This document shows positions 1 to 9,425 of a stretch of 64,000 nt of DNA, one piece after another. Source of the DNA: an uncultured Eubacteriales bacterium (GTDB lineage Bacteria > Bacillota > Clostridia > Oscillospirales > CAG-382); contig CAKSCV010000009.1 of the NCBI GenBank assembly GCA_934444645.1, positions 20,439 through 84,438 of the forward strand. The letters are read 5' to 3'. How positions within the stretch are numbered: the first letter of the stretch is position 1; every line of letters starts with the position of its first letter. Made by a program: the position numbers and the translations under genes. Under the pieces are notes generated by a model. It saw only the letters and a list, made by a program, of their open reading frames with translations, ran no database searches and was not told the DNA's origin.

Positions 1-329
1 GCTTTATCTTGGCAAATGCCAATGCCGCCAATGCCAAGCTTTGCACCGTCGTCCGCAAGAGCGGCAGCGATTTGAACCGCTATCTCACGGAAGACAACGG
101 AGAATTAGCCTTCAATGCCCTTGTAGTCGGCGTTCCGGAAAATGCCGCTTACCTGACCGAAAACCTGCACCTTCGTGCCTTTATCGTTTGCGGCGGCGTA
201 ACCTATTACAGTGCCGTCAAGACCGACAGCGTCTACGGTGCCGTTAAGAGAGTGAGCGCAGACCCGAATTACGAAAACGATCCGTATATCCGGAGGATCA
301 TCGAGCTTTGCGAAACAACAAACGGCTGA
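1..329 (+). CDS. 3' end of an unidentified CDS that starts upstream of the window (C-terminal ~108 aa)
   Basis: The frame is open from the window edge to TGA at 327-329. I recognise no family motif. A small ORF and an intrinsic terminator follow, so it looks like the end of an operon. Confidence 0.5.
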   Translation, partial: FILANANAANAKLCTVVRKSGSDLNRYLTEDNGELAFNALVVGVPENAAYLTENLHLRAFIVCGGVTYYSAVKTDSVYGAVKRVSADPNYENDPYIRRIIELCETTNG

Positions 330-349
330 TACGGAAAAGAGGAATGATC

Positions 350-463
350 ATGAAAAAATATGTTTCGCCTGAAATAGAATTCGAGACCGTTCTTCCCGAT
401 GTCCTGTTGGCAAGCGATTTGATAATCGATATGAGCGGTCAGTATGAGGACGAGGGCGAATAA
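350..463 (+). CDS. Small acidic ORF, 37 aa (MKKYVSPEIEFETVLPDVLLASDLIIDMSGQYEDEGE)
   Basis: ATG at 350 is preceded by AAAAGAGGAA (335-344), and the stop is TAA at 461-463. It lies 20 nt after the upstream stop, and a terminator follows at 495-532. It is below the ORF-track size cut-off and has no homology support. Confidence 0.35.
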   Translation: MKKYVSPEIEFETVLPDVLLASDLIIDMSGQYEDEGE

Positions 464-494
464 CCGTTCTCCCTGCAACTTGTTTCTCCTTTTC

Positions 495-532
495 GACCCG
501 GTTGCCGTTTTTCGGTGACCGGGTCGTTTTTG
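495..532 (+). terminator. Rho-independent terminator after the small ORF
   Basis: The stem is CGACCCGG (495-502) / CCGGGTCG (520-527), followed by TTTTT (528-532). Confidence 0.6.
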
Positions 533-544
533 GATATTTTTGCT

Positions 545-584
545 TCGAAAAAAAGCAGACAAGCATCAAAGCCTGTCTGCTTTC
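545..584 (-). terminator. Terminator of asnA (usable in both directions)
   Basis: The stem is GCAGACA (555-561) / TGTCTGC (574-580), flanked by an A-run and a T-run. On the minus strand the hairpin is followed by TTTTTTT. Confidence 0.55.
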
Positions 585-611
585 AAAATTTCAAAGCCGT
601 TGTGTGTTCCG

Positions 612-1619
612 TTACAGAAGCGGTATGCCGTGCTCCTCGCACGCCTTGACCGTCTGTTCGTCCCAAATGCTCGATTGCACCTCGCCGATGTGCGCACAGC
701 CCATCATGAGCATACATAACCGCGATTGACCGATGCCGCCGCCGATGGTGAGCGGCAATTCGTTCGCAAGCAGCATTTTATGGAACGGAAGCTTGCTGCG
801 TTCTTCGCACCCGGCGAGCTTTAACTGACGCGCAAGCGATTCGGCATCCACGCGAATGCCCATGGAGGACACCTCAAACGCGCGCTCTAACACTTCGTTC
901 CAAAACAGAATGTCGCAGTTGAGATCCCAGTCGTCGTAGTCGGGCGCACGGCCGTCGTGCGGCTTGCCGTTTTTGAGCGCACCGCCGATCTGCATGATGC
1001 AGGCGGTCTTATGTTTCTTGACAAACACATTTTCACGCTCATGCGGCGTAAGATCGGGATACAGTTCTTCAAGCTCTCCGGAGGTGATGAACGCCACTTC
1101 GTTCGAAAGCGTGGTGCGCAGCTGCGGAAAATGTACGTATAAGCGGTCTTTCACGCGGCATATCGTGTCCACGATGGTTTTGACGATGAGCTTGAGATAG
1201 TCGAGATTGCGGTTCTCGCGCGTGATGATCTTTTCCCAGTCCCACTGATCGACATAGATCGAATGGATGTTGTCGAGCTCCTCGTCGCGGCGGATGGCGT
1301 TCATATCGGTATATAAGCCGTTTCCGACTGCAAAATTGTATTTTTTGAGTGCCAAACGCTTCCATTTGGCAAGCGAATGTACGACCTGCGCTTCGGTGCC
1401 GATGGCGGGAACATCAAAGCTTACCGGGCGTTCGTAGCCGTTTAGGTTGTCGTTCAAGCCGCTGTCCTCGGTGACAAACAGGGGAGCCGACACGCGCTTT
1501 AAGTTGAGAGCGGCGGCAAATTCGTTCTGAAAGGTCTGCTTGATATAGGCGATGGCGCGTTGGGTGTCATATTCGTCAAGCACGGGCGCATAGCCTTGGG
1601 GAATCTGAATTTTGTTCAT
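612..1619 (-). CDS. asnA: Aspartate--ammonia ligase (asparagine synthetase A)
   Basis: AsnA signatures are present: VVHSLAKWKR, YVDQWDWEK, APDYDDWDLN..ILFWN, SSMGIRVD and TIGGGIGQSRL. The start was moved to ATG 1619 (MNKIQIP...) behind an AAGGA RBS. The track ORF begins 27 nt further upstream. Confidence 0.9.
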   Translation of the reverse strand: MNKIQIPQGYAPVLDEYDTQRAIAYIKQTFQNEFAAALNLKRVSAPLFVTEDSGLNDNLNGYERPVSFDVPAIGTEAQVVHSLAKWKRLALKKYNFAVGNGLYTDMNAIRRDEELDNIHSIYVDQWDWEKIITRENRNLDYLKLIVKTIVDTICRVKDRLYVHFPQLRTTLSNEVAFITSGELEELYPDLTPHERENVFVKKHKTACIMQIGGALKNGKPHDGRAPDYDDWDLNCDILFWNEVLERAFEVSSMGIRVDAESLARQLKLAGCEERSKLPFHKMLLANELPLTIGGGIGQSRLCMLMMGCAHIGEVQSSIWDEQTVKACEEHGIPLL

Positions 1620-1731
1620 AGAAACGTCCTTCTGACACAGAAACAACGCTGTGCCGCTGTGATAAATGATAAAAACATTTTATCACGTTTCACAGGCTCT
1701 GTCAAGCTTTGAAGGGCATTTTTTCGCGGCA

Positions 1732-2625
1732 TTACAAATTGACTGCGAAAACACCCAAAAACGCAAGTCCCACGCCGCAAAGGCACTTGACCGTGAGCTT
1801 TTCGCCGAAAAACAGCACCGCCATTCCGGTGGAAAGCAAGAGCGCACAGCCATTGGCGAGCGGATAAAGCACCGCGCTCGGCAGATAATGCGCTGCAAGC
1901 GTTTTGGTGAAGCTGTGCAGAAACAGACAAATCGCCATCACACCGATGTAGCCGAAAATCGGTTTTAACACCCGGACGACTGACAGGTCGGCAGACCCGG
2001 ATGACGCTTTGAAAAACGGCAGACAGATTAAAAGCATCAAAAACGCAAATATATAGGTATAAAAGTTGAAAACCGCCGTCGGAATGTCCGGTGCATACAC
2101 GGTGAACAGCTTTTGCGAAAAATCGATGCCGCCGTTGGAAAGACAGAGAAGCAAAAGCGTGAAGAAAGCCGGAAGCGTGAGCTTGGTTTTGATGGAATTG
2201 TTGTAGGAGCATAAAACGAGTGTGGCACCGATTAACAAGACCATGGCAAAAATCTGCGTCGGCTTGACGTGCTCGCCGAAACAGAGAACGCTTCCGATGA
2301 TCGGCACGGTAAAGCCGAGCATTCCGAACACATCGACCAACATATACGCACCTTTTTTGACGGAAAGCAACCAGCTTACCGCCATCACCGAGGTGGAAAG
2401 TCCCGAAAGCAGGCAAATGGAAAGTGTTCTTGCGTCAATGCGAAGTCCCGGAAGCTTTCCCGAAAACAGCACGAGAAAAAAGCCGATGGCAATGCATAAA
2501 AGCATACGCAAAAGGTTCGCATAGATCGCATCGGTTATGCACGCGGTGTGACCGCTGGTCTTTTTGCCGCAATATCCCTTGGTTGCGCCGCATAAAAGCG
2601 AAATGGCTAAAAATACATATCCCAT
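1732..2625 (-). CDS. DMT/EamA-family membrane transporter
   Basis: The product is a polytopic hydrophobic protein of about 297 aa with a two-halves EamA-like layout. The preferred start is ATG 2625 (MGYVFLAISLL) behind GAGGA; the track start is 2676. Confidence 0.65.
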   Translation of the reverse strand: MGYVFLAISLLCGATKGYCGKKTSGHTACITDAIYANLLRMLLCIAIGFFLVLFSGKLPGLRIDARTLSICLLSGLSTSVMAVSWLLSVKKGAYMLVDVFGMLGFTVPIIGSVLCFGEHVKPTQIFAMVLLIGATLVLCSYNNSIKTKLTLPAFFTLLLLCLSNGGIDFSQKLFTVYAPDIPTAVFNFYTYIFAFLMLLICLPFFKASSGSADLSVVRVLKPIFGYIGVMAICLFLHSFTKTLAAHYLPSAVLYPLANGCALLLSTGMAVLFFGEKLTVKCLCGVGLAFLGVFAVNL

Positions 2626-2738
2626 AAAGATATCCTCAAAGCAGTTTTTTATTTTCTCCCAGTATAGCATAGCCATGGCTGAAATGCAAGATAAAAAACA
2701 TGGAGAAAAAAGGCAAATAATTGTATTTTTCAGCTTTT

Positions 2739-3476
2739 TTATTCCGTTTTTCCAAACGCGGACGGCGGCGCACCGTATTTCTTTTTCATGCAGCGCGAAA
2801 AGTATTTTTCATCGGTAAAACCGGCGGCAAAAGCAGCTTCCTTGACAGATATCTGTTTTTCGGCAAGAAGAGATGCCGCAAAACGCAGCCGCTTTTCCAA
2901 CAAATATTGCTTCGGCGAAAGGCCGAAGCTTCGGCAAAAGGCACGCCGGAGCGAGGATTCGCTGAAGCTTCCGGCACGGCAAAGGTCGCAAAGCCGAAGC
3001 GAAGCGTCTTGAAAGTGGTTTTCCAGATAGGAAAGACAGTCTGCCAACCGGGTATCCGTGTGCGGTCCTGCAAGCGTGGCGAGGTCGCAGAGCAGGGTAT
3101 AGACGTCGGCTTTCAGGCGGAAGACGTGTTGGTTTTGCTGCCAATCGTCCAAAAGCTGCTCGAATTTTTCGCGTAAAAAAGCCTCCGCGCCAAACGATCG
3201 GTTTTCGACGTGTGTATAGTTGCAGTCGGAAAGATGCACCACTATGCTTTCACAGACGGAATATTCTACGGTATAATCCGTGCTGCTCGGAATGAACAGC
3301 ACATCTCCCGGCCGTGAAAGAAAGCTCTGCCCATCGATTTCAAACTGCGCTTTTCCGCAAATGCGCAGACTAAGTGCCGCAAATGGCCGTTTTTTGACGT
3401 GAAACAGCCCGTTTTCGTGCCTGAAACGGCCGACAGATAAAATTTGAAAGCATAGCTCATCAAAAGAATATAACAT
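2739..3476 (-). CDS. AraC-family transcriptional regulator
   Basis: The C-terminus carries a double HTH (SLRLCDLCRAGSFSESSLRRAFCRSFGLSPKQYLLEKRL...AGFTDEKYFSRCMKKKYG) and the N-terminus looks like a cupin sensor. The start was trimmed to ATG 3476 (MLYSFDE). Confidence 0.8.
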   Translation of the reverse strand: MLYSFDELCFQILSVGRFRHENGLFHVKKRPFAALSLRICGKAQFEIDGQSFLSRPGDVLFIPSSTDYTVEYSVCESIVVHLSDCNYTHVENRSFGAEAFLREKFEQLLDDWQQNQHVFRLKADVYTLLCDLATLAGPHTDTRLADCLSYLENHFQDASLRLCDLCRAGSFSESSLRRAFCRSFGLSPKQYLLEKRLRFAASLLAEKQISVKEAAFAAGFTDEKYFSRCMKKKYGAPPSAFGKTE

Positions 3477-3604
3477 TTTTATCACCGCTTTCCAGTATAC
3501 AGATAATTGACTGAAAAATCCACCTATTTGAATGAAAAGTCTGTTACAAAACCGTTCGTGTTGGGGTAAAATAACTCTATCAACTTCAAGAAGGCGGTGT
3601 TTGT

Positions 3605-5026
3605 ATGTTTTTTGACGTTCAAAACCTGACAAAACTGACCGGCCGGTATCCGGTCGAAGGAAAAATCCGCGCTGTGGCGCACGCGTCGCTCTGCAAGCCG
3701 GTTTTTGCGGAATACTGGAACAACTTTTCCTACGGACTTTCCGAAATCGAGCTTCTTCCGACCGATTCTTTCACCTTTTGCATCGGTCAAGCACCGGTTT
3801 TGCCGCTTGACGGCGAAAGTTATCGCGTGAGCATTACCGAAAGCGGCGTGAGCCTTGCCGCTTGCAGCGAAAAAAGCCTCATTTGCGGCTTTATGACGCT
3901 CATCGACCGTCTGCTTATGGAACGTGTAAACGGCGAAAGCCGCCTGTTTCTCGACGCCTGCACCTACGGCGAGACGGCATTTATTGCACGGCGTATGGCG
4001 CATTTTTGTGTTTTTCCGGAAACCGAGCTGTGGGAAATCCGGCGGTTTGTCCGTCTGTGTGCATTTTTGCGGTATACCCATTTGGTGATCGAATTCTGGG
4101 GAACGTTTCGCTATGAATGCCTTGATGCGCTTTCGTGGGAACACGCGTTTTCCGCTGATGACCTGCGCGAAATTTTCGCGGAGGCTCAGGATCTCGGCTT
4201 GGAGCTTGTTCCTATGTTCAACCATTACGGACACGCTTCTTCGGGACGGGTGATGCACGGAAAACACGTCGTGCTTGACCGGTCGCCGCAGTATGCATAT
4301 CTGTTCGATGAGACCGGTTGGGCGTGGAATATCGGCTTGCCGGAAACAATCGATTTGCAGAAAAAAATGCGGCAGGAATTGACGGAGCTGTGCGGTGCCG
4401 GTTCATTTTTCCATATCGGCTGTGATGAGATCTATGGCTTTGATTATTCAGAACGTGCCATGGAGGAGATCTGCACCCATATCAATGCCGTCGCTCAAAG
4501 TCTTGCCGAAAGCGGCAGAAAACCCATTTTGTGGGCGGATATGTTTTTGCCGAGAACCTTAAAAAATCAAACCGGAAATACATATACGGCGACGTGTCCG
4601 TCCGAGAACGCGTCCTCTTTTATGCTGTCAAAGCTCGATAAAAACGTGCTTCTTGCCGATTGGCAGTATGACGCGTGCCGATTCCCGGTGGAAACGTCGC
4701 TTTATCTGAAAGAAAAAGGTTTTTCGGTTTTGCTGTGTCCGTGGGATAGGGGAATGAACCGGACGAACGCTTGCCTTGAAACGGCAAAAATTCATGGCCT
4801 TGACGGGATTCTGCATACGACCTGGCACACACTGTCAAACGGTATGCCGTATGTTGCAAAAACGGCGCGCGGCTGCTTTTTGCCTGCCGGTGCGAAGGAT
4901 ATGCGCGATGAGAATCAGGCTCTTCACTTCAACAAAACAGCGGAAATTCTGCGAAAAGTGTATCCTTGCGGCGGCGATTACCGCAAAAGCGGCTGGTCGA
5001 AAAAGGAAATTGAGGATATTGTATGA
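3605..5026 (+). CDS. GH20-like glycoside hydrolase (beta-N-acetylhexosaminidase family), no signal peptide
   Basis: FHIGCDEIYG resembles the GH20 H-x-G-x-D-E catalytic motif, and NHYGHAS and LWADMF segments fit a TIM barrel. The gene is divergent from the AraC gene. Confidence 0.5.
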   Translation: MFFDVQNLTKLTGRYPVEGKIRAVAHASLCKPVFAEYWNNFSYGLSEIELLPTDSFTFCIGQAPVLPLDGESYRVSITESGVSLAACSEKSLICGFMTLIDRLLMERVNGESRLFLDACTYGETAFIARRMAHFCVFPETELWEIRRFVRLCAFLRYTHLVIEFWGTFRYECLDALSWEHAFSADDLREIFAEAQDLGLELVPMFNHYGHASSGRVMHGKHVVLDRSPQYAYLFDETGWAWNIGLPETIDLQKKMRQELTELCGAGSFFHIGCDEIYGFDYSERAMEEICTHINAVAQSLAESGRKPILWADMFLPRTLKNQTGNTYTATCPSENASSFMLSKLDKNVLLADWQYDACRFPVETSLYLKEKGFSVLLCPWDRGMNRTNACLETAKIHGLDGILHTTWHTLSNGMPYVAKTARGCFLPAGAKDMRDENQALHFNKTAEILRKVYPCGGDYRKSGWSKKEIEDIV

Positions 5027-5883
5027 TAAACCTTGTGTATTTGTTCGCGGTGTTTTTCAGCGTTTCACAGTCGGTTTCGGTCAAATATTACCGGCAGAAA
5101 TCCGAGGATGTGCTGCTTTTCAATGCTGTCAAATCGCTTGCCGCGTTTTTGGCGCTTGCCGTGATTTTGGCGTGGAACTTCCGTTTTCACGCACCGACGG
5201 CGATCTATGGCGTCCTGTACGGTGTTTTCCTTGCGATTTCCATGCATACCGGCTACAAAGCACTGTGTTTGGGTCCGATGTCCCTTACCGGCATGATTGT
5301 ATCGTTTTCCGTGATTTTGCCGATCGCATACGGGATCGTGTTTGCACGGGAGAATCCGACGGTGTTTCAGGGTGTCGGTTTGGTATTTTTTGTCTTATCC
5401 GTGGTTTTCACAAGCCTTCGTGCAGGGACGCCTCCCGCTTCGCAAGAGACCTCTGCGAAAGACCGAAAAAAGTGGCTCGTATACGTGTTTCTCACGTTTG
5501 TGGCCAACGGCTTGTGTTCTGTTGTGCAAAAAATGCATCAAAGTGCCTATCCGCACCGGCAGCTTGGCGAATTTGTCTTGTATGCCTGCGGCTTTTGCAC
5601 GTTGGTTTTCGGTGCCGCGTATCTCAAAAAGAGAACGGCACACAACAACGTGTGCGGCATTGGTCTTGCCGGGTTCGCCGGACTTTCCAATGCGGCAGCC
5701 AACTTCTGCACCTTGCTTTTGGCAGGAAACGAGTATGCGGCGGTCATGTATCCGGTCATCTCAGCCGGAACGGTGCTTGCGGCGCTTGTGTGCGGCAGGG
5801 TGCTGTTCGGCGAGAAATTGGGCTTGGGACAGCGGGCGGCTTTGCTCTGCGGCTTGGCGGCAGTGGTGTTGCTAAGATTATAA
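5023..5883 (+). CDS. DMT/EamA-like membrane transporter
   Basis: The product is a 286-aa protein with about 10 hydrophobic segments. Its ATG overlaps the GH20-like stop (ATGA at 5023-5026), which suggests translational coupling. Confidence 0.6.
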   Translation: MINLVYLFAVFFSVSQSVSVKYYRQKSEDVLLFNAVKSLAAFLALAVILAWNFRFHAPTAIYGVLYGVFLAISMHTGYKALCLGPMSLTGMIVSFSVILPIAYGIVFARENPTVFQGVGLVFFVLSVVFTSLRAGTPPASQETSAKDRKKWLVYVFLTFVANGLCSVVQKMHQSAYPHRQLGEFVLYACGFCTLVFGAAYLKKRTAHNNVCGIGLAGFAGLSNAAANFCTLLLAGNEYAAVMYPVISAGTVLAALVCGRVLFGEKLGLGQRAALLCGLAAVVLLRL

Positions 5884-5923
5884 AACAACGAAGCGCGGTG
5901 AAATCATCGCGCTTCGTTGTTTT
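5884..5923 (+). terminator. Rho-independent terminator of the GH20/DMT operon
   Basis: A 14-bp stem, AACAACGAAGCGCG (5884-5897) / CGCGCTTCGTTGTT (5908-5921), runs into a T tract. Confidence 0.6.
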
Positions 5924-5926
5924 CAT

Positions 5927-5980
5927 AAGCCCCCAAAAACCAATCGGCAGCGTATTTTGTCGATTGGTATTTGGGGGCTT
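5927..5980 (-). terminator. Terminator of queA (nested hairpin)
   Basis: The outer stem is AAGCCCCCAAA / TTTGGGGGCTT and the inner stem is ACCAATCG / CGATTGGT. On the minus strand the inner hairpin is followed by TTTTT. Confidence 0.5.
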
Positions 5981-6002
5981 ATGTTACAGATTTATGCATT
6001 CT

Positions 6003-7082
6003 CTAAACAATCAGCATCGCATCCCCGAATGAGAAGAAATGATACTTTTCCTCCACGGCAACGTGATAGGCCTCCAAAATGCGTTCTCTTCCGGCAAGTG
6101 CGGAAACGAGCATTATGAGCGTGCTTTCGGGCAAATGAAAATTGGTGATCAAGCAGTCAATGGCCTTGAATTTGTAGCCGGGATAGATAAAAATCTCGGT
6201 ATTGGCACTCCCGGCGTGCAGAACGCCGTTTTCATCCGTCGCGCTTTCGAGCGTCCGGCAGGAGGTCGTTCCAACCGAAAAAATCCGGCCGCCGTTTTTG
6301 CGAACCTCGTTGAAACGGCGCGCGGTATCCTCACTTACCGTGTAATACTCGCTGTGCATCTTGTGTTCCGTGATGATGTCCTCCTTGACCGGACGGAACG
6401 TTCCAAGTCCGACATGAAGCGTCACATACAGAATTTCCACACCCATAGCTTCAATCTGCTTTAGCAGCTCCTTGGTGAAATGCAGCCCGGCTGTCGGCGC
6501 GGCACTCGAGCCTTCATGCTTGGCGTAGACCGTCTGATAGCGGTCCTTTTCGCTTTCACGGCTGGTGATGTACGGCGGCAGCGGCATTTCGCCGATTTCG
6601 TCAAGCAGTGCGAAGAATTCGCCTTCATAGTCGAATTCGATGACACGGTTGCCGTCGTCGAGGATTTTCGTGACTGTGCCGGTCAGCTTTTTATCAAAAA
6701 AAACGCGCGTGCCTACTTTCATTTTCTTGCCCGGATGGACGAGCGTTTCCCAGCTCCGGTCGTCGAGCCGTTTTAGCAAAAGCACCTCAACGGTGCTTCC
6801 GGAAGGCTCTGCGGCTTCGGTGCCGTCCGGCAGCTTTACAAAGCGTTTGCCGAACAGCCGCGCCGGGATGACCTTGGAATCGTTGAGAACCAGTGCGTCG
6901 CCGGGACGCAAATAATCGATGATGTCATGAAAGTGCCGGTGTTCGAGTGAGCCGTCGTCCTTGTGCAATACCAAAAGCCGCGACATATCGCGCTTTTCGG
7001 CAGGTGTTTGCGCGATGAGTTCCGGCGGCAGATCGTAATGATAATAGGAGCGTTTGAGCAGATTTTCGTTTTCGGTAGCCAT
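6003..7082 (-). CDS. queA: tRNA preQ1(34) S-adenosylmethionine ribosyltransferase-isomerase
   Basis: The product has full-length QueA character: [31 protein letters not shown] and TLHVGLGTF. Confidence 0.92.
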   Translation of the reverse strand: MATENENLLKRSYYHYDLPPELIAQTPAEKRDMSRLLVLHKDDGSLEHRHFHDIIDYLRPGDALVLNDSKVIPARLFGKRFVKLPDGTEAAEPSGSTVEVLLLKRLDDRSWETLVHPGKKMKVGTRVFFDKKLTGTVTKILDDGNRVIEFDYEGEFFALLDEIGEMPLPPYITSRESEKDRYQTVYAKHEGSSAAPTAGLHFTKELLKQIEAMGVEILYVTLHVGLGTFRPVKEDIITEHKMHSEYYTVSEDTARRFNEVRKNGGRIFSVGTTSCRTLESATDENGVLHAGSANTEIFIYPGYKFKAIDCLITNFHLPESTLIMLVSALAGRERILEAYHVAVEEKYHFFSFGDAMLIV

Positions 7083-7115
7083 ACAAAGCCTCTCTTTTGC
7101 GGAAATTGTAAGATG

Positions 7116-9275
7116 CTATTTTTTTAAGTCGATGAGCAGCGTCAGTTTTTTCTGTTTGGTGACGCTTAATGTGTTGTCTAAGGTGACGGTGCGGTTATCG
7201 ATGTCGCACATTCTGTATCGTCCGCCGAACATGACCCGATACGTCCGATGCGGTGAAAACACCTTGCGCACCTTGACTTCGCCGGCATATAAGATGAGTT
7301 CAATGTAATCGATTCCTAATTCCACACGTCCGTATGCGCCGTCAAAGCTGACAAAGCCGACAAAAACGCCGTCACTTCGCATGAGCGATTCCTCCGGCGA
7401 AAAGGCTAAAAAGCCGTTGTTCTTGTCATAATCGAAGCCGGAAAATGCCGGAATCAGGGAACAAACCGCCATCGCGCTTGCGTATAGATCCTTTTTGCAG
7501 GAAAATTCGAACGAAGCAAACGCACGCGCCAGCGTTTCGCAAAGCGTACATTCTTTTAGCTCGGCAAGCATTGCACAGGCAAAAAAGTCGGGTGTCTGCC
7601 GCTCGGGCGCAAGCAAGGCGAGCTGTGCGGCTGCCTCGGCGAGCTCTTCCTTGGTATACAGCGCATAGGCACACAGCTTTTGCGAAACATAGGCGGAGGA
7701 AAGCACGCGGAGCGGATTTTCGCGGCATCGCAGGGCGGTTTTTTCGGCAAACCGATGCCGGCAGGTATTTAATTTATCAAGATAGGCCATTTTACGCTTT
7801 TTGTCGCGCAATAAATCGGCAATTTCCGTCATGGCGGCGAGAGCCGGTAAAAGCGTGTCGAAAATCATGTCGCTTTCGGGAAGACCCGTGACGGAAGCAT
7901 CAGCTGTCCAAAGCCGCTCGGCTGTTTCCGTAAGCAAGTCGGCCATGAGCGAGATATCCACCCAGTTTTCGGTATAAAACCGTACCTCCGAACAGGTGCG
8001 GTAGGCGTAAAACAGGCGTAAAATCAGGCGAAAACGCGCGGCTGTCTCTGCCGGTGTCAGATCGGTGTCAAACGCCGACGGAACAAAATCCTTGCCGGAG
8101 GAGCGGCCTTTGGCGGTCATCAGATTTTTCAAGGTCAGCACCGTTGTCGGCACGGTGATTCCCGGAAATAAATATTCGAATGCAAAGGAAAGCGGCAAGC
8201 AGCTGTCTTCGCTTTCCTCGGAAATGCCTTTGAGCACACCGAGTGTGTCACGGCGCACCGCCGGATCCTTCACGGCGGCAAGGGAGGATTCGATGAGCGG
8301 CTTCAGGCTTTCCGGCAGACACGTGTCTGAGCCGGCCAGCTCTTGAGCCAATGTGCTTTCGCGGCAAAGTCGGTCAAAATGTGTAAAGCAATAGGAAACA
8401 CAGTCGGAGAGATTTGAAAAATAGTGGCAATAGTAGTTTTTTTCACCGCTTTTGGCAGGACTTTCGGCACAGTACGGAAAGCTCCATGCTGCAACTAACC
8501 GCCGTTTTTCGGTTTTTCCCGGTTCAAGGTGCAGATGAAACGCCAAAATGGCGGAAATGTTCTTTTGTGTGCCGAGTGCCGCCGTGTCGTTCAAAAAACC
8601 GCCGTTTTGGACGAAATGTGCGAAAAACTCGGCATCTTCGGCATCCGGTAAAATCTCAAAGGTGAAATCGGAGGCATCCGATGCAAGACACATACTGCCG
8701 CGCCGCCTTGCCGCAACGCTCGGCGAGGTTTCGGTAAGCAAGGGATAAAACGTGCCGCTTGCCTTGTCGTAGCACGGTTCTCCGTGACCTGCCCAAAAGA
8801 AGGATTTTAGAAGTGCGGCGAACGAAACGGTCAGCGGCTCCTCCGAGCGGTTGGTGAGCGAAACTTCAAAAAATGCCGCCGGAATGCCGGAATCGATGGA
8901 GTTGTGGAGAATAAACGGATTGAAGGCGGTGATGGCAGTATCAATGCCGGAAGAGGCCGTGTCGAATGCGATTTCCGTAAACGGGAAATGCCTCTCAAAG
9001 TGGCAAACCGGTGCGTGCGGAAGGATACGTGAAGCCGGAATTGCTTCCGCCTCCGGATTTTTTAAGACATATCCGGCCGCTTCCGTTTCCGCTGATTTGA
9101 CGCAGACAGCGAACGAAACGGGATTCGAATGCTCGCCCGGATGCTCTTTTTTGGAGGAGCTTTTGGAAAGACCAGCAAACTGTGTGCCGCCGTCGCGGTA
9201 CAGCTTTAAGCAGCCTGTGCCGATACCGCCCAAAAATGCGGTGTTTTGCAGGTAGGCAAGAGTGTTTTTCTGCAT
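7116..9275 (-). CDS. Cytoplasmic GH116-like (glucosylceramidase/DUF608-type) glycoside hydrolase candidate
   Basis: The N-terminal LGGIGTGCLKLYRDGG matches my memory of the GH116 N-domain GGIGTG motif. The protein is 719 aa with no signal peptide, and a strong RBS (AAAGGAGGAG) precedes the ATG. The coding call is solid; the family call is tentative. Confidence 0.45.
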   Translation of the reverse strand: MQKNTLAYLQNTAFLGGIGTGCLKLYRDGGTQFAGLSKSSSKKEHPGEHSNPVSFAVCVKSAETEAAGYVLKNPEAEAIPASRILPHAPVCHFERHFPFTEIAFDTASSGIDTAITAFNPFILHNSIDSGIPAAFFEVSLTNRSEEPLTVSFAALLKSFFWAGHGEPCYDKASGTFYPLLTETSPSVAARRRGSMCLASDASDFTFEILPDAEDAEFFAHFVQNGGFLNDTAALGTQKNISAILAFHLHLEPGKTEKRRLVAAWSFPYCAESPAKSGEKNYYCHYFSNLSDCVSYCFTHFDRLCRESTLAQELAGSDTCLPESLKPLIESSLAAVKDPAVRRDTLGVLKGISEESEDSCLPLSFAFEYLFPGITVPTTVLTLKNLMTAKGRSSGKDFVPSAFDTDLTPAETAARFRLILRLFYAYRTCSEVRFYTENWVDISLMADLLTETAERLWTADASVTGLPESDMIFDTLLPALAAMTEIADLLRDKKRKMAYLDKLNTCRHRFAEKTALRCRENPLRVLSSAYVSQKLCAYALYTKEELAEAAAQLALLAPERQTPDFFACAMLAELKECTLCETLARAFASFEFSCKKDLYASAMAVCSLIPAFSGFDYDKNNGFLAFSPEESLMRSDGVFVGFVSFDGAYGRVELGIDYIELILYAGEVKVRKVFSPHRTYRVMFGGRYRMCDIDNRTVTLDNTLSVTKQKKLTLLIDLKK

Positions 9276-9363
9276 GAAAGCTCCTCCTTTCTTTATAATT
9301 AGGTAATAGGACTATTATTATAGCACAGTTTGCTTGTAAATGCAAGGGCGAACGCAAAGAGAA

Positions 9364-9410
9364 ACACCGTGCGCGGCAAACCTTCCGTTTCGGCACGCGC
9401 ACGGTGATGC
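9364..9410 (-). terminator. Terminator of the pyrR-pyrP bicistron
   Basis: On the minus strand CACCGTGCGCG...CGCGCACGGTG forms a hairpin followed by a T-rich run. Confidence 0.55.
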
Positions 9411-9425
9411 TTTTATTGTAAATGC

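Noticed and set aside
1616-2416. 266-aa minus-strand ORF overlapping the DMT transporter in another frame; also 3524-4267 (247 aa) opposite the GH20-like gene
   Set aside because: They overlap better-supported membrane and enzyme CDSs and have Arg/Cys-rich, non-protein-like sequences.
4776-6032. 418-aa plus-strand ORF overlapping the GH20-like 3' end, the DMT gene and the terminators
   Set aside because: It is out of frame with two supported genes and runs through two terminator hairpins. Its Cys/Arg-rich composition does not look like a real protein.
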